IMG/VR virus record: IMGVR_UViG_2926471356_000005
Coordinates: 16,798 to 80,797 of that record
DNA: 64,000 bases
Source of the DNA: a virus
Taxonomy: Duplodnaviria; Caudoviricetes
Reading direction: 5' to 3' (one strand)
The notes beneath the pieces were generated by a model. It was not told the DNA's origin, did not search any database, and worked only from the letters and a program-made list of their open reading frames with translations. Positions 26,741 to 37,637 of the stretch are shown in pieces (positions within the stretch are counted from its first letter, which is position 1; each line of letters opens with the position of its first letter). The translations under genes were made by a program, and so were the position numbers.

Positions 26741-28327
26741 ATGTATGAGGATATAAAAACAGCCTGCCTATACGTTAGATTCTCAAGCCATAATCAGACT
26801 GAGCAATCTATTGAAGGGCAGACCCGTGTTTGCCGTGATTTCTGCAAGCGGCATAATATTAGAATTGTAGAGATATATGCTGACAGAGCCACGTCTGCCA
26901 GTAAAGACATTGAGAAGAGAGTCCAGTTCCTCAAGATGATAAAATACTCTGAGAAGGGCTTGTTTGACGCTGTAATCGTATACAAACTTGACCGCTTCGC
27001 CCGTTCCCGGTATGACTCAGCCACCTACAAATATCGCTTGAAGCGTAACGGGGTACAGCTTATTTCAGCCACAGAAAATATCAGCAATGACCCAGAAGGT
27101 ATCATTCTGGAATCAGTGCTTGAAGGTATGGCTGAGTTCTACAGTGCCGAACTCTCCCAGAAAATTAACCGTGGTATGAGAGAGTCAGCCTATAAGCATA
27201 ACTCTATAGGAGGGGCAGTCCCTCTGGGATACAAGATTGAAGATAAAAAACTGGTGATAGACCCTAAAACGGCTCCCCTTGTGAAAGAAGCCTTTGAGAA
27301 ATATGCGGGCGGAGAAACGGTTGCTGAAATCTGCCGTCAATTTAATGCCCGTGGGTACAAGACCTCAAAGGGTACAGCTTTCGGAAAGAGTTCTTTCACC
27401 AAAATATTTCGTAATGAGAGATACATCGGAGTCTACACCTTCCATGACTACCGAGCAGAGAACGCCATACCTGCTATTATCGACAAAGAACTCTGGGATA
27501 GGGTGCAACTTAGAGTCGGTAAGATTAAAAATGCACCTGCCCGGAACAAAGCAAAAGTGGTCTACTTACTTAGTGGTAAAATCTTCTGCGGACATTGTGG
27601 TAGTAAAATGAACGGAAATTGCAATGCGGGAAATTACTATTACTATCAGTGTTACGGAAAGAAGAACGGCAATGTTGATTGCAATAAAAAGAATATCCGT
27701 AAGGAGTTCATAGAAAGACTGGTTGCCCAAGACGCACTATCGCTCCTTACAGATGAATATATAGAACAGATTGCTTCTATTGCCTGTGAAAAGAATCAAA
27801 ATGAGATTGAACTGGATTCAGCCCTTCCAACTATTCGTGACCGTATCCACCAGGTAGACGTATCCCTCAACAACCTTCTGAAAGCTATTGAGTCGGGATC
27901 AGCCCCAGATATGCTTGTAAAGCGTATGGGTGAATTAGAGAAAGAAAAGAAAGACCTGCAAGCACAGGCTAAGAAAGAATCTGAGGATATTGTTGAACTG
28001 GACAAAGCCCAGGTTATTTATTGGTTAGAACAGTTTCGGGGCGGCAGTATTGAAGATGAAGAGTTTTGCCGTATGCTCATTGACCTTTTCGTAAACTCCG
28101 TCACTGTATGGGATGAAGATGACGATACCTATAAGGTCACAGTGGCTTATAATCTAACCTCTTTACCGACAAAAACGTACCGCCTAAATAAAGACGGCAC
28201 GTTGTCGGATTTCGCTTCCAATGCACCAGCTTTGAGGGCAGGAATGAATATATCTCCCGACTTTGCAGCTTCCCGCTGCTTATCCTTGACGATTTTGGAA
28301 TGGAACGGGGAACGGAATACGGCTTAG
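26741..28327 (+). CDS. Large serine recombinase (phage integrase); last about 30 codons come from the target site
   Basis: YVRFSS, YKLDRFAR, recombinase domain, CGHCG zinc ribbon. Confidence 0.95.
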   Translation: MYEDIKTACLYVRFSSHNQTEQSIEGQTRVCRDFCKRHNIRIVEIYADRATSASKDIEKRVQFLKMIKYSEKGLFDAVIVYKLDRFARSRYDSATYKYRLKRNGVQLISATENISNDPEGIILESVLEGMAEFYSAELSQKINRGMRESAYKHNSIGGAVPLGYKIEDKKLVIDPKTAPLVKEAFEKYAGGETVAEICRQFNARGYKTSKGTAFGKSSFTKIFRNERYIGVYTFHDYRAENAIPAIIDKELWDRVQLRVGKIKNAPARNKAKVVYLLSGKIFCGHCGSKMNGNCNAGNYYYYQCYGKKNGNVDCNKKNIRKEFIERLVAQDALSLLTDEYIEQIASIACEKNQNEIELDSALPTIRDRIHQVDVSLNNLLKAIESGSAPDMLVKRMGELEKEKKDLQAQAKKESEDIVELDKAQVIYWLEQFRGGSIEDEEFCRMLIDLFVNSVTVWDEDDDTYKVTVAYNLTSLPTKTYRLNKDGTLSDFASNAPALRAGMNISPDFAASRCLSLTILEWNGERNTA

Positions 28328-28569
28328 AGCAGGTCTACAACGTGATTGACAGCCGTTACCGCAGCGGCAGGCCGCTGATCGTCACGACTAATCTCACGCT
28401 GGAGGACTTGCAGCACCCGGAGGACACCGCCCACGCCCGCATTTATGACCGTCTGATTGAAATGTGTTCTCCTGTCCGCTTTACCGGGAGCAACTTCCGA
28501 AAAGCCACGGCGCAGGAGAAAATGGGACAACTGAAAAAGCTGATGAACAGAAAGGAGAGCCGCCTATGA
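28226..28569 (+). pseudogene. 3' half of a DnaC/IstB-like ATPase gene interrupted by the prophage
   Basis: SFEGRNEYISRLCSFPLLILDDFGMERGTEYGLEQ..., near-identical to the C-terminal part of 54545-55399. Confidence 0.9.
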
Positions 28570-28748
28570 CCAACACCCCAAAGAATGACCGCAGCACCCG
28601 CCGCCCGGATTGCGTGACGGAAATCCGCATAGGTAATTCTGTCCTTGTCGTTTCCGGCTATTTCAAGCAGGACACCACCGCCACCGCCGCCGATAAAATG
28701 CTGAAAGTGCTGGAAGCGGAAGCTGCTACACAAAAATCGGCAATTTGA
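28566..28748 (+). CDS. TnpW-family protein
   Basis: TEIRIGNSVLVVSGYFK...TAADKM; paralog of 54354-54548. Confidence 0.85.
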   Translation: MTNTPKNDRSTRRPDCVTEIRIGNSVLVVSGYFKQDTTATAADKMLKVLEAEAATQKSAI

Positions 28749-28818
28749 CGGGACGTAAAGAAGCAGAAAGGACTGTACAGCCAGCCCCGGCGTGTGGTAT
28801 GATAGTCATACGGAATAG

Positions 28819-29046
<228 letters not shown>

Positions 29047-29097
29047 TAACGTAACCTTTTTTGCAGAGGGTGTTATCTTACCTCTTTTTGATGTATG

Positions 29098-30819
<1,722 letters not shown>

Positions 30820-30874
30820 CTATATTATACCACATACCGCTGCCTGTGTCATGTATAAAATGTGAAGAAACGCC

Positions 30875-31042
30875 CTATTTCCGGGCGTTTGCGGGGTTCA
30901 GTTCCATGTCTTTGCGAATGAGTTTTTTTATCTTTTTATCCAGTGTGTCCGTTGCGCGTTCACTTGCGGACGAACATACAAGGTAAGTAACTTTTCCTAT
31001 TTTATGCTCCGTTGTGGTAACGGGCGTTTGGTTTTGCGTCAA
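30875..31042 (-). CDS. TnpW-family protein
   Basis: EHKIGKVTYLV...TLDKKIKKLI; upstream of recombinase. Confidence 0.75.
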   Translation of the reverse strand: MTQNQTPVTTTEHKIGKVTYLVCSSASERATDTLDKKIKKLIRKDMELNPANARK

Positions 31043-31519
31043 AGAAAATCCCCCTTTCTTTCGCAAACATATAATACAGTCTATGAATAGCAGCAAGTCC
31101 ACTATTCAATAAAACAAAGGCTTTAATCGGACGGTTATTAGCATAACCTCATGGGAATTTCACCCCGGCATGGTTCTCATGCAGCCCTACCCATTGCCTG
31201 CGACGCTCTTAACGCTCGGACTGTGGCTGTAAGGAAGTATCATTGTATATTCTGCGTGTCGTCGCCCGCAAGCCGCTACACTTGCTTTCCGGCGCGGTGT
31301 TGGTCGCTCGGCTGTCCGGGCGGGGATAACCTCACCCGGATAGCGTCATGGCGCACCCGCCGTATGGCTCGGCGCAAAAGGAACGTATCCGATTTGCCCT
31401 ATGCTGCGCCGCCGTTATCTTGCGCCGCTTTCTTTGTCAAGGTTCAGAATGGCTTTGCTGCCGCGTCAGCAGCGGAACGGAAAAGGGGGAGAGAGAAAGC
31501 GTCCCGCCGCCGCTGCGGT

Positions 31520-31786
31520 TTATTCCTCTGCCTTAAAGGTGAGGACAGCCATCATCAGTTTTGCTTGCAGCCGTTCCCGAATGTCGTGGTCTACGCCGAA
31601 ATAGACATTCCCGCGCTCGTCGTACAGCTTCCGCATGGAGAGGCGGGCTATGTAGCCGCTGAAATGCTGCAAGACAATCTTCATAGCGTCCGGGTCGCCC
31701 TTTGTCGCTACCACAATGACAGGATAGGGAACAAGGGCATTTTCCGGGTAGCCGGGTTCGTTACCATTCGTCCCATTCATCAGCAT
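31520..31786 (-). CDS. HTH protein (Tn916 Orf8-like)
   Basis: VPYPVIVVATKGDPDAMKIVLQHFSGYI. Confidence 0.85.
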   Translation of the reverse strand: MLMNGTNGNEPGYPENALVPYPVIVVATKGDPDAMKIVLQHFSGYIARLSMRKLYDERGNVYFGVDHDIRERLQAKLMMAVLTFKAEE

Positions 31787-32201
31787 TTTCCTCCAGATAT
31801 TTTCTTAATCTCTCAAAAGAGCTTGTCCGCCTGTACTGTATCGTGCTTCTCGACGTATTGAACAGTTCCGCAATCTCGGTATCGTTCATTCCCTCGAAGT
31901 AATACAGCAGTATGGCTTTGCGCTTTTCTTCCGGCAAAGTACGGATTGCTTCAAGAAGCAGCTTTGGCGTGATTTTCTTCCCGGCTTTCTCAAAGACGGT
32001 TTCAACAGTTTCCCGTTTGAAATATTCATCAAACGTATGAAGCTGTCGCGCTTCGTCTAAGGTCATGTCGGAAAAGGTCACTTCCTTTGCCCTGTGTCTG
32101 CGAAGCTCTCTATGAGTGTCGCACGCTTCATTGTGAAGTACCGTATTACAAAACTTCTGAAAAGCACACTGTTTGTAAAACTCCCTGCTGTTAGGTTCCA
32201 C
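31761..32201 (-). CDS. Sigma-70 region 4 protein (Tn916 Orf7-like)
   Basis: LPEEKRKAILLYYFEGMNDTEIAELFNTSRSTI. Confidence 0.88.
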   Translation of the reverse strand: MEPNSREFYKQCAFQKFCNTVLHNEACDTHRELRRHRAKEVTFSDMTLDEARQLHTFDEYFKRETVETVFEKAGKKITPKLLLEAIRTLPEEKRKAILLYYFEGMNDTEIAELFNTSRSTIQYRRTSSFERLRKYLEENADEWDEW

Positions 32202-32657
32202 ATTCTCACCTCCTTTCTCGTTGGAAAGTTGGTGGTGCTTCCCCCTTTTCGCGGGGCAATACGGCGGTTTTCAAAAACGCCGAAGATTTTTTGAAATTTC
32301 TTCAAAAAATTTTTTGAGCAGCAAAATGCGCCTGTCCGAAAAGCCCGGACAGGCGCATTGGTATTGTGAGTAGTATTTAGATGATTAGACAGTTCATATA
32401 TACAAGCGTAATTTCCCCCGGTGGTGGTCGGGCTTTTTTTGATGTGTCAATGACCGTCGGATTTTGTCGATATGGTATGTGCTTCATGGCGGCTACCTCC
32501 TTTAGCCGCCGCTTTTAACAGTGATACCGCGTCATTTCTTGAGAAGATAAAAAGAAACGGCGGCTTTGATTTTTCAAAGCTGCTGCGGAAATCAAAGAAC
32601 GACAAGCAACAGTTCTGATTTTGCTCCAATATGGTTATTGGGGGCACAAATTAAATC

Positions 32658-32706
32658 AAAAAAGAGCCGATAACAGCAGTATTTCAAACTGCATATTATC
32701 GGCTCT
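32658..32706 (-). terminator. Terminator after the RlmN/Cfr-like gene
   Basis: AGAGCCGATAA...TTATCGGCTCT then TTTTT. Confidence 0.75.
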
Positions 32707-32736
32707 GCGTCTGTGCGTCTGGCTCTTTTAATTAAA

Positions 32737-33726
32737 TTATTTTTGTTGTTTTTTGGCTTTATTATATGTATTAGCTAACTGTCCACAAGCTGCTTTAATC
32801 TCTCTACCATGAGAAACTCTCATGGTAACTTCAAGTCCTGTTTGCTCTAATTGATGTTTGAACGCAACCATTTCTTGTTTTTGTGGTGCTCTAATTTTTG
32901 AATTACTCGTCGGGTTGTATTGCAGCACGTTAATCATAACATTTTTGCCCTTAAACCATTTTGCAAGTTGCCTTATATCTGAGGAACGGTCATTTATACC
33001 TGGTAAAAGCAAATACGCAAATACCACTTTTCGATTATGCCTTTGTGAATAGGACAATGCTTGCTTAACAACATCTTCAATAGCGTACATGTGCATATGA
33101 GGAATGATACAGTTTCTCACAGCCTGTGTTGCTGCATGTAAAGATATTGTCAACTGAATTTTTAGATGTTCTTCGCGCAATTTTTTTAATTGATTAACTG
33201 GACCAACTGTTGATATGGTAATGCCGTCGGTTGGAAAGTTAAGTCCATTTCTATCTCGAAGAATATGGATTGCTGCAATCAAGTTGTCGTAATTGAATAA
33301 AGGTTCTCCCATTCCCATAAAAACGATACGATTTACTTTTTGACGTATCAATATGACCTGCTGCACAATTTCAGACGGTGTTAGATTACGAACGAAACCA
33401 TTGCGTCCGGACTCACAAAAAATACAGCCAACAGAACAACCAACTTGCGTACTTACGCAAACAGTCCCACCATCTCGCCGTTTAATAAAAACCGTTTCGA
33501 TATACCTGTTGTCTTTCAATTCATAAACATACTTTTCAGTATCGCTACTTTTATAGACTTTTTTTGTTGATATTGATAGATTTTTTTTGTGAAATGGCTG
33601 TTTATACAATTTCGCATATAAGGCTCTTGCTTTATCCTCTCCAATTACTTCCGACATTTCTTTGTAAGTAAATCCGTATGGGTCATTCAATATTTCCGTA
33701 GGTGTACTTTTAGGTAAGTGTTTCAT
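32737..33726 (-). CDS. RlmN/Cfr-family radical-SAM RNA methyltransferase (AT-rich cargo)
   Basis: IETV, CVSTQVGCSVGCIFC, RNLT, MGMGEPL, ISLH, AACGQL; both catalytic Cys present. Confidence 0.92.
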   Translation of the reverse strand: MKHLPKSTPTEILNDPYGFTYKEMSEVIGEDKARALYAKLYKQPFHKKNLSISTKKVYKSSDTEKYVYELKDNRYIETVFIKRRDGGTVCVSTQVGCSVGCIFCESGRNGFVRNLTPSEIVQQVILIRQKVNRIVFMGMGEPLFNYDNLIAAIHILRDRNGLNFPTDGITISTVGPVNQLKKLREEHLKIQLTISLHAATQAVRNCIIPHMHMYAIEDVVKQALSYSQRHNRKVVFAYLLLPGINDRSSDIRQLAKWFKGKNVMINVLQYNPTSNSKIRAPQKQEMVAFKHQLEQTGLEVTMRVSHGREIKAACGQLANTYNKAKKQQK

Positions 33727-33748
33727 TTAATATCCTTCCTTTTCAAAA

Positions 33749-33928
33749 TTAAAAAGTTTGTTTTTCAGAGTTTTTGATTATGATTTCTAATTTTTCAACA
33801 TCAACGATATGTGTTAATTTACATTTAGGGCAGAAAAGAGGAAAATTTCTTAATACCGTATTATAAAATACTTGAACCCTCGTCTTTCCGTTACAAATTG
33901 GACATTTTATCCAATATTTTTCAAGCAT
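33749..33928 (-). CDS. Cysteine-rich KTR protein
   Basis: WIKCPICNGKTR...NFPLFCPKCK. Confidence 0.9.
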   Translation of the reverse strand: MLEKYWIKCPICNGKTRVQVFYNTVLRNFPLFCPKCKLTHIVDVEKLEIIIKNSEKQTF

Positions 33929-33946
33929 AATATTTCTCCTTTTGCG

Positions 33947-33990
33947 CAAAAAAATACAGGTCAATTCTCAACATGAGCATTGACCTGCAT
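33947..33990 (-). terminator. Leader terminator just upstream of the KTR RBS
   Basis: CAGGTCAAT...ATTGACCTG then TATTTTTTT. Confidence 0.75.
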
Positions 33991-34136
33991 TTATACATAT
34001 AACACTACAACAAAATTAAGGCATAGTTTTTATACTATGTCTATACATCGTTAGTTTTGTTGTATAGCATACGCAAAATAAGCATGACAAAAAAGCCCAT
34101 ATTGAAAATGGGAAAAATCTTTTTTAATTTCAATGC

Positions 34137-34163
34137 TTATCGAATACGCATGCTATGTAACAT
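34137..34163 (-). CDS. Leader peptide MLHSMRIR (ErmDL/MsrSAL-like)
   Basis: AAGGGGGG RBS 8 nt upstream; follows promoter TTGACA (34211-16)-17-TATAGT (34188-93). Confidence 0.75.
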   Translation of the reverse strand: MLHSMRIR

Positions 34164-34310
34164 AAACATTTCCCCCCTTTTAATAATACTATACAAAAAA
34201 AGCGGCTAGTTGTCAACATATACATATGAATTATTTTAGTCAACTGATAGAACAGTGTAGACATATCCAAGAGGAAAGGTGAACAGTAAAATGTAATAGG
34301 ATGAATAATT

Positions 34311-34664
34311 ATGGCAAAAAGACCAGTACCGAAATACGACTTCAAGGCTTTTGGGGCAGCGATAAAGGCGGCGCGGACAGGGCGCAAGGAGAGCCGCAAG
34401 AAAGTAAGCGACGAAATGTTTATCTCGCCGCGTTACCTTGCGAACATTGAGAACAAGGGGCAGCACCCAAGTTTACAGATTTTCTTTGAGCTTATGCTCC
34501 GCTACAATATATCCGTAGACCAGTTCCTTTTGGAAACGCCGCCGGAGAAGAACACGCAGCGGCGGCAGCTCGACGCGCTTCTTGACGGTATGAGCGATAC
34601 AGGCATACGGATTGTGACCGCAACGGCAAAAGAGATTTCCGAAGTCGAAAAAGAGGGCGAATAG
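34311..34664 (+). CDS. XRE-family regulator (Tn916 Orf9-like)
   Basis: YDFKAFGAAIK...ISPRYLANIENKGQHPS. Confidence 0.9.
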   Translation: MAKRPVPKYDFKAFGAAIKAARTGRKESRKKVSDEMFISPRYLANIENKGQHPSLQIFFELMLRYNISVDQFLLETPPEKNTQRRQLDALLDGMSDTGIRIVTATAKEISEVEKEGE

Positions 34665-34805
34665 GAATGTCCGGCTTAAAACTGAACAGGATTTAGAAAG
34701 CGTTGCAATCTTTTTTGAATTGCAGCGTTTTTCTTTTGCGGAAGTTTGGCAAAATAGCTTTTTCTCCGTAGTAAGGGATAAGGGCATAAGGGATAAAAAC
34801 ATTCG

Positions 34806-34905
34806 TAGCAAGCATAGGAAGCGGGTACCCACTTCCGTATTTTCGCCCTCCCGCGCTGCGGCGCGTCGGTTGAAAATGGCTTGTTGGGAAGTGTCCCAAA
34901 CCCTC
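34806..34905 (+). promoter_or_regulatory. Putative oriT/MobC-binding region, copy 1
   Basis: Hairpins GGAAGCGGGTACCCACTTCC and TTGGGAAGTGTCCCAA upstream of mobC-relaxase. Confidence 0.6.
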
Positions 34906-34931
34906 GGAACGGAAAGGAAAGGAGCGAAGCA

Positions 34932-35261
34932 ATGGACGGACGGAAAAGGACGGTGCAAATCAAATTCAGAGTGACGGAAGCGGAACGGGATTTAATACTG
35001 GAAAAAATGAAGCTCGTACCCACCCGGAACATGGCGGCGTATCTGCGGAAGATTGCCATTGACGGGTATATCATTCAGATAGACCACGCCGATATAAAGG
35101 CAATGACCGCAGAGATACAGAAAATCGGTGTCAACGTCAACCAGATAGCCCGCCGCGTGAACGCGGCGGGGAACGCATACCAAGAGGACATAGAGGAAAT
35201 AAAGGGGGTGCTTGCGGAGATATGGCGGTTACAAAGATTAAGCCTGTTAAAAGCACCCTAA
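34932..35261 (+). CDS. mobC: MobC relaxosome accessory protein
   Basis: RHH N-terminus, KIGVNVNQIARRVN. Confidence 0.9.
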   Translation: MDGRKRTVQIKFRVTEAERDLILEKMKLVPTRNMAAYLRKIAIDGYIIQIDHADIKAMTAEIQKIGVNVNQIARRVNAAGNAYQEDIEEIKGVLAEIWRLQRLSLLKAP

Positions 35262-36568
35262 GCAAAGCCCTTGACTATATCGAAAACCCGGACAAGACGG
35301 ACGGGAAAATGCTCATATCCTCTTTCGGCTGCTCCTATGAAACGGCAGACATTGAGTTCGGCTATACCCTCTCGCAAGCACTGGATAAGGGCAGCAATTT
35401 AGCCTTTCACTTGATACAGTCCTTTGCGCCGGGGGAAGTGGACTATGAGAAAGCCCACGAAATCGGGAAGCAGCTTGCCGACGCGGTGACAAAGGGGCAG
35501 CATGAATATGTTGTGACGACGCACATTGACAAGGGGCATATCCATAACCACGTCATTTTTTGCGCGGTGAATTTTGTAGACCATCACAAATACAATTCCA
35601 ACAAAAGGAGCTATTACGGCATACGGAACATGAGCGACAAGCTGTGCCGGGAAAATGGCTTGTCCGTCGTCGTCCCCGGCAAGGGCAGCAAGGGAAAGAG
35701 CTATGCGGAGTACCAGGCAGAAAAGACGGGTACAAGTTGGAAAGGCAAGCTAAAGATTGCCGTTGACGCGCTTATCCCCCAAGTTTCCAGTTTTGAGGAA
35801 TTGCTAACGCGGTTACAGGCGGCGGGCTATGAGATAAAGCCGGGGAAATATGTTTCATGCCGCGCCCCCGGACAGGAACGCTTCACCCGCCTAAAAACCC
35901 TCGGCGCAGACTATACAGAGGAAGCCATAAGGGAACGGATAGCGGGCAGACGGGCAAAGGCGGCGAAAGCCCCCAGAGAGCAGCGCGACGTTTCGCTGCT
36001 TATCGACATTGAGAACAGTATCAAGGCGGCGCAGAGTAAGGGCTATGAACAGTGGGCGAAAATCCACAATCTGAAACAGGCAGCTAAAACCATGAATTTC
36101 TTGACGGAACACAAGATTGAACAGTACGCGGATTTAGTCAGCCGGATTGAGGAAATGTCAGCGGAAAGCGGACAGGCGGCAGACGCATTGAAGAACGCGG
36201 AAAAGCGGCTTGCGGACATGGCGGTGCTTATCAAGAATGTTTCCACCTACCAAAAGACAAAGCCCGTCTATGACGCATACCGCAAGGCAAGGAACAGGGA
36301 GAAGTACCGCGCCGGACAGGAACAGGCGATTATCCTACATGAAGCCGCCGCAAGGTCGTTGAAAGCGGCGGGCATTGCAAAGCTCCCGAACCTTGCCGCG
36401 CTGCAATCGGAGTATGAAGCCCTCCAAGCGCAGAAAGAAGCCCTTTACGCCGACTATGGGAAGCTGAAAAAGAAAGTCCGGGAATATGATATTATCAAGC
36501 AGAACATTGACAGCATTTTACAGGCAGACAGGCAGCCGGAACGTGAAAAGGGAACAGAGCGCGGATAA
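35222..36568 (+). CDS. MOB-P-type relaxase
   Basis: LDYIENPDKT, HLIQSF, THIDKGHIHNH. Confidence 0.93.
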   Translation: MAVTKIKPVKSTLSKALDYIENPDKTDGKMLISSFGCSYETADIEFGYTLSQALDKGSNLAFHLIQSFAPGEVDYEKAHEIGKQLADAVTKGQHEYVVTTHIDKGHIHNHVIFCAVNFVDHHKYNSNKRSYYGIRNMSDKLCRENGLSVVVPGKGSKGKSYAEYQAEKTGTSWKGKLKIAVDALIPQVSSFEELLTRLQAAGYEIKPGKYVSCRAPGQERFTRLKTLGADYTEEAIRERIAGRRAKAAKAPREQRDVSLLIDIENSIKAAQSKGYEQWAKIHNLKQAAKTMNFLTEHKIEQYADLVSRIEEMSAESGQAADALKNAEKRLADMAVLIKNVSTYQKTKPVYDAYRKARNREKYRAGQEQAIILHEAAARSLKAAGIAKLPNLAALQSEYEALQAQKEALYADYGKLKKKVREYDIIKQNIDSILQADRQPEREKGTERG

Positions 36569-36633
36569 GGATAGCAAAATCCCCGCCGCTGTGCTATGAT
36601 AAGGCTATCAAATACAGACAGGAGCGTTGAAGC

Positions 36634-36885
36634 ATGGAAAACCAGAAAATGCCGGAATATGAAACCATACGCGCCGCCGTTGCCGGGGAAAAATGGGCGG
36701 TGGAGAAAGTCGTGGAGTGCTACAAGGACGAAATCGACAGGCTATCGACGGTAGCGGTCAGACAGCCGGACGGAAGCACGAAACAGGAAATCAACGAAGA
36801 TATGCGCCAGTCTATCACAAAGAAGCTGATAGAAGCCCTCCCGCAGTTCCCACTTGAAGAAATGGAAAAGGGAAATGTCAGATAG
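36634..36885 (+). CDS. HTH protein (Orf8-like)
   Basis: PEYETIRAAVAGEKWAVEKVV. Confidence 0.75.
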   Translation: MENQKMPEYETIRAAVAGEKWAVEKVVECYKDEIDRLSTVAVRQPDGSTKQEINEDMRQSITKKLIEALPQFPLEEMEKGNVR

Positions 36886-37062
36886 GCAAAAAAAGAACAG
36901 GACGCGGAAGCCGGTATATGACTTCCGCGCCCTGTCTTTTTATGGGTGCTGTTTTCGTGAATGTTACGCAGTAGAACGCCATTTTCGGGGATAAAGGTAT
37001 AAAGTATCGCCTATCCGATTTTCACGCCCGGAAAGCCCTGTAAATCAAGGGATTTTCCGCGC

Positions 37063-37428
37063 CTACTGCGTAACAGGGGTGCGTCTTTTCCTCATGCGCT
37101 CGGCGGCTTGTCTGCGGGTGATACGCTTCCGGCAGACGGGGCAGTATTTGACACTGTTAGAGGTTGACGCAAAGAACGCGCCGCACTCGGTACATTTCTT
37201 CTTATCCCCTGTCTGGTAAAGCTCCGCATAGAGCAGCCTGTCGGCGGGAAGCACCGCAACCCGGAACCACTTGCAGAGAAGCGAATAGGAAATGAGCTGC
37301 GGACATACGCATTCGTCTCCGTCGTCCAGTAAGATACAGTTCCCGTTATCATAGTTGCAGCACGTCCGGCGCACAAGGGCGTTGACTTTCCGGCTCTGGG
37401 GCGGCGTCAGCCGCTTAACCCCGTTCAT
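37063..37428 (-). CDS. Cysteine-rich VLP-domain protein
   Basis: CCNYDNGNC...LLCKWFRVAVLP...KYCPVC. Confidence 0.85.
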   Translation of the reverse strand: MNGVKRLTPPQSRKVNALVRRTCCNYDNGNCILLDDGDECVCPQLISYSLLCKWFRVAVLPADRLLYAELYQTGDKKKCTECGAFFASTSNSVKYCPVCRKRITRRQAAERMRKRRTPVTQ

Positions 37429-37637
37429 ACTTCATCAGCGGCGTAAATGGGAAGCTCTGCAAATTCCGCTTCGGTCAAAGCGTCCACTTTGGAAAGGGTG
37501 CGCTTTGCAAGCTCCCGCATATCCGCGTCCATGTAGGGCAGCGCGGCGTTGACATTCTCAATCAAAGCCCGCTTGCCGCCCTCGTTGTAAATGCTCAAAA
37601 GGTTTGTTTCTTCAACAGTCAGTCTAATCATGCTCAT
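37425..37637 (-). CDS. Transposon-transfer assisting (TTRAP-like) protein
   Basis: LTVEETNLLSIY...MRELAKRTLSKV. Confidence 0.75.
   Translation of the reverse strand: MSMIRLTVEETNLLSIYNEGGKRALIENVNAALPYMDADMRELAKRTLSKVDALTEAEFAELPIYAADEV

Larger units (their letters stand above)
1..28230. mobile_element. Temperate prophage, right part (left part outside window)
   Basis: Contiguous head, packaging, replication, lysogeny and integrase modules; sequence switches to an IME dnaC-like gene at about 28226-28230. Confidence 0.95.

Noticed and set aside
32737-33726. Naming the gene cfr or rlmN
   Set aside because: MGMGEPL is not the Cfr signature, while the mobile context and divergent N-terminus argue against housekeeping rlmN; needs phylogeny
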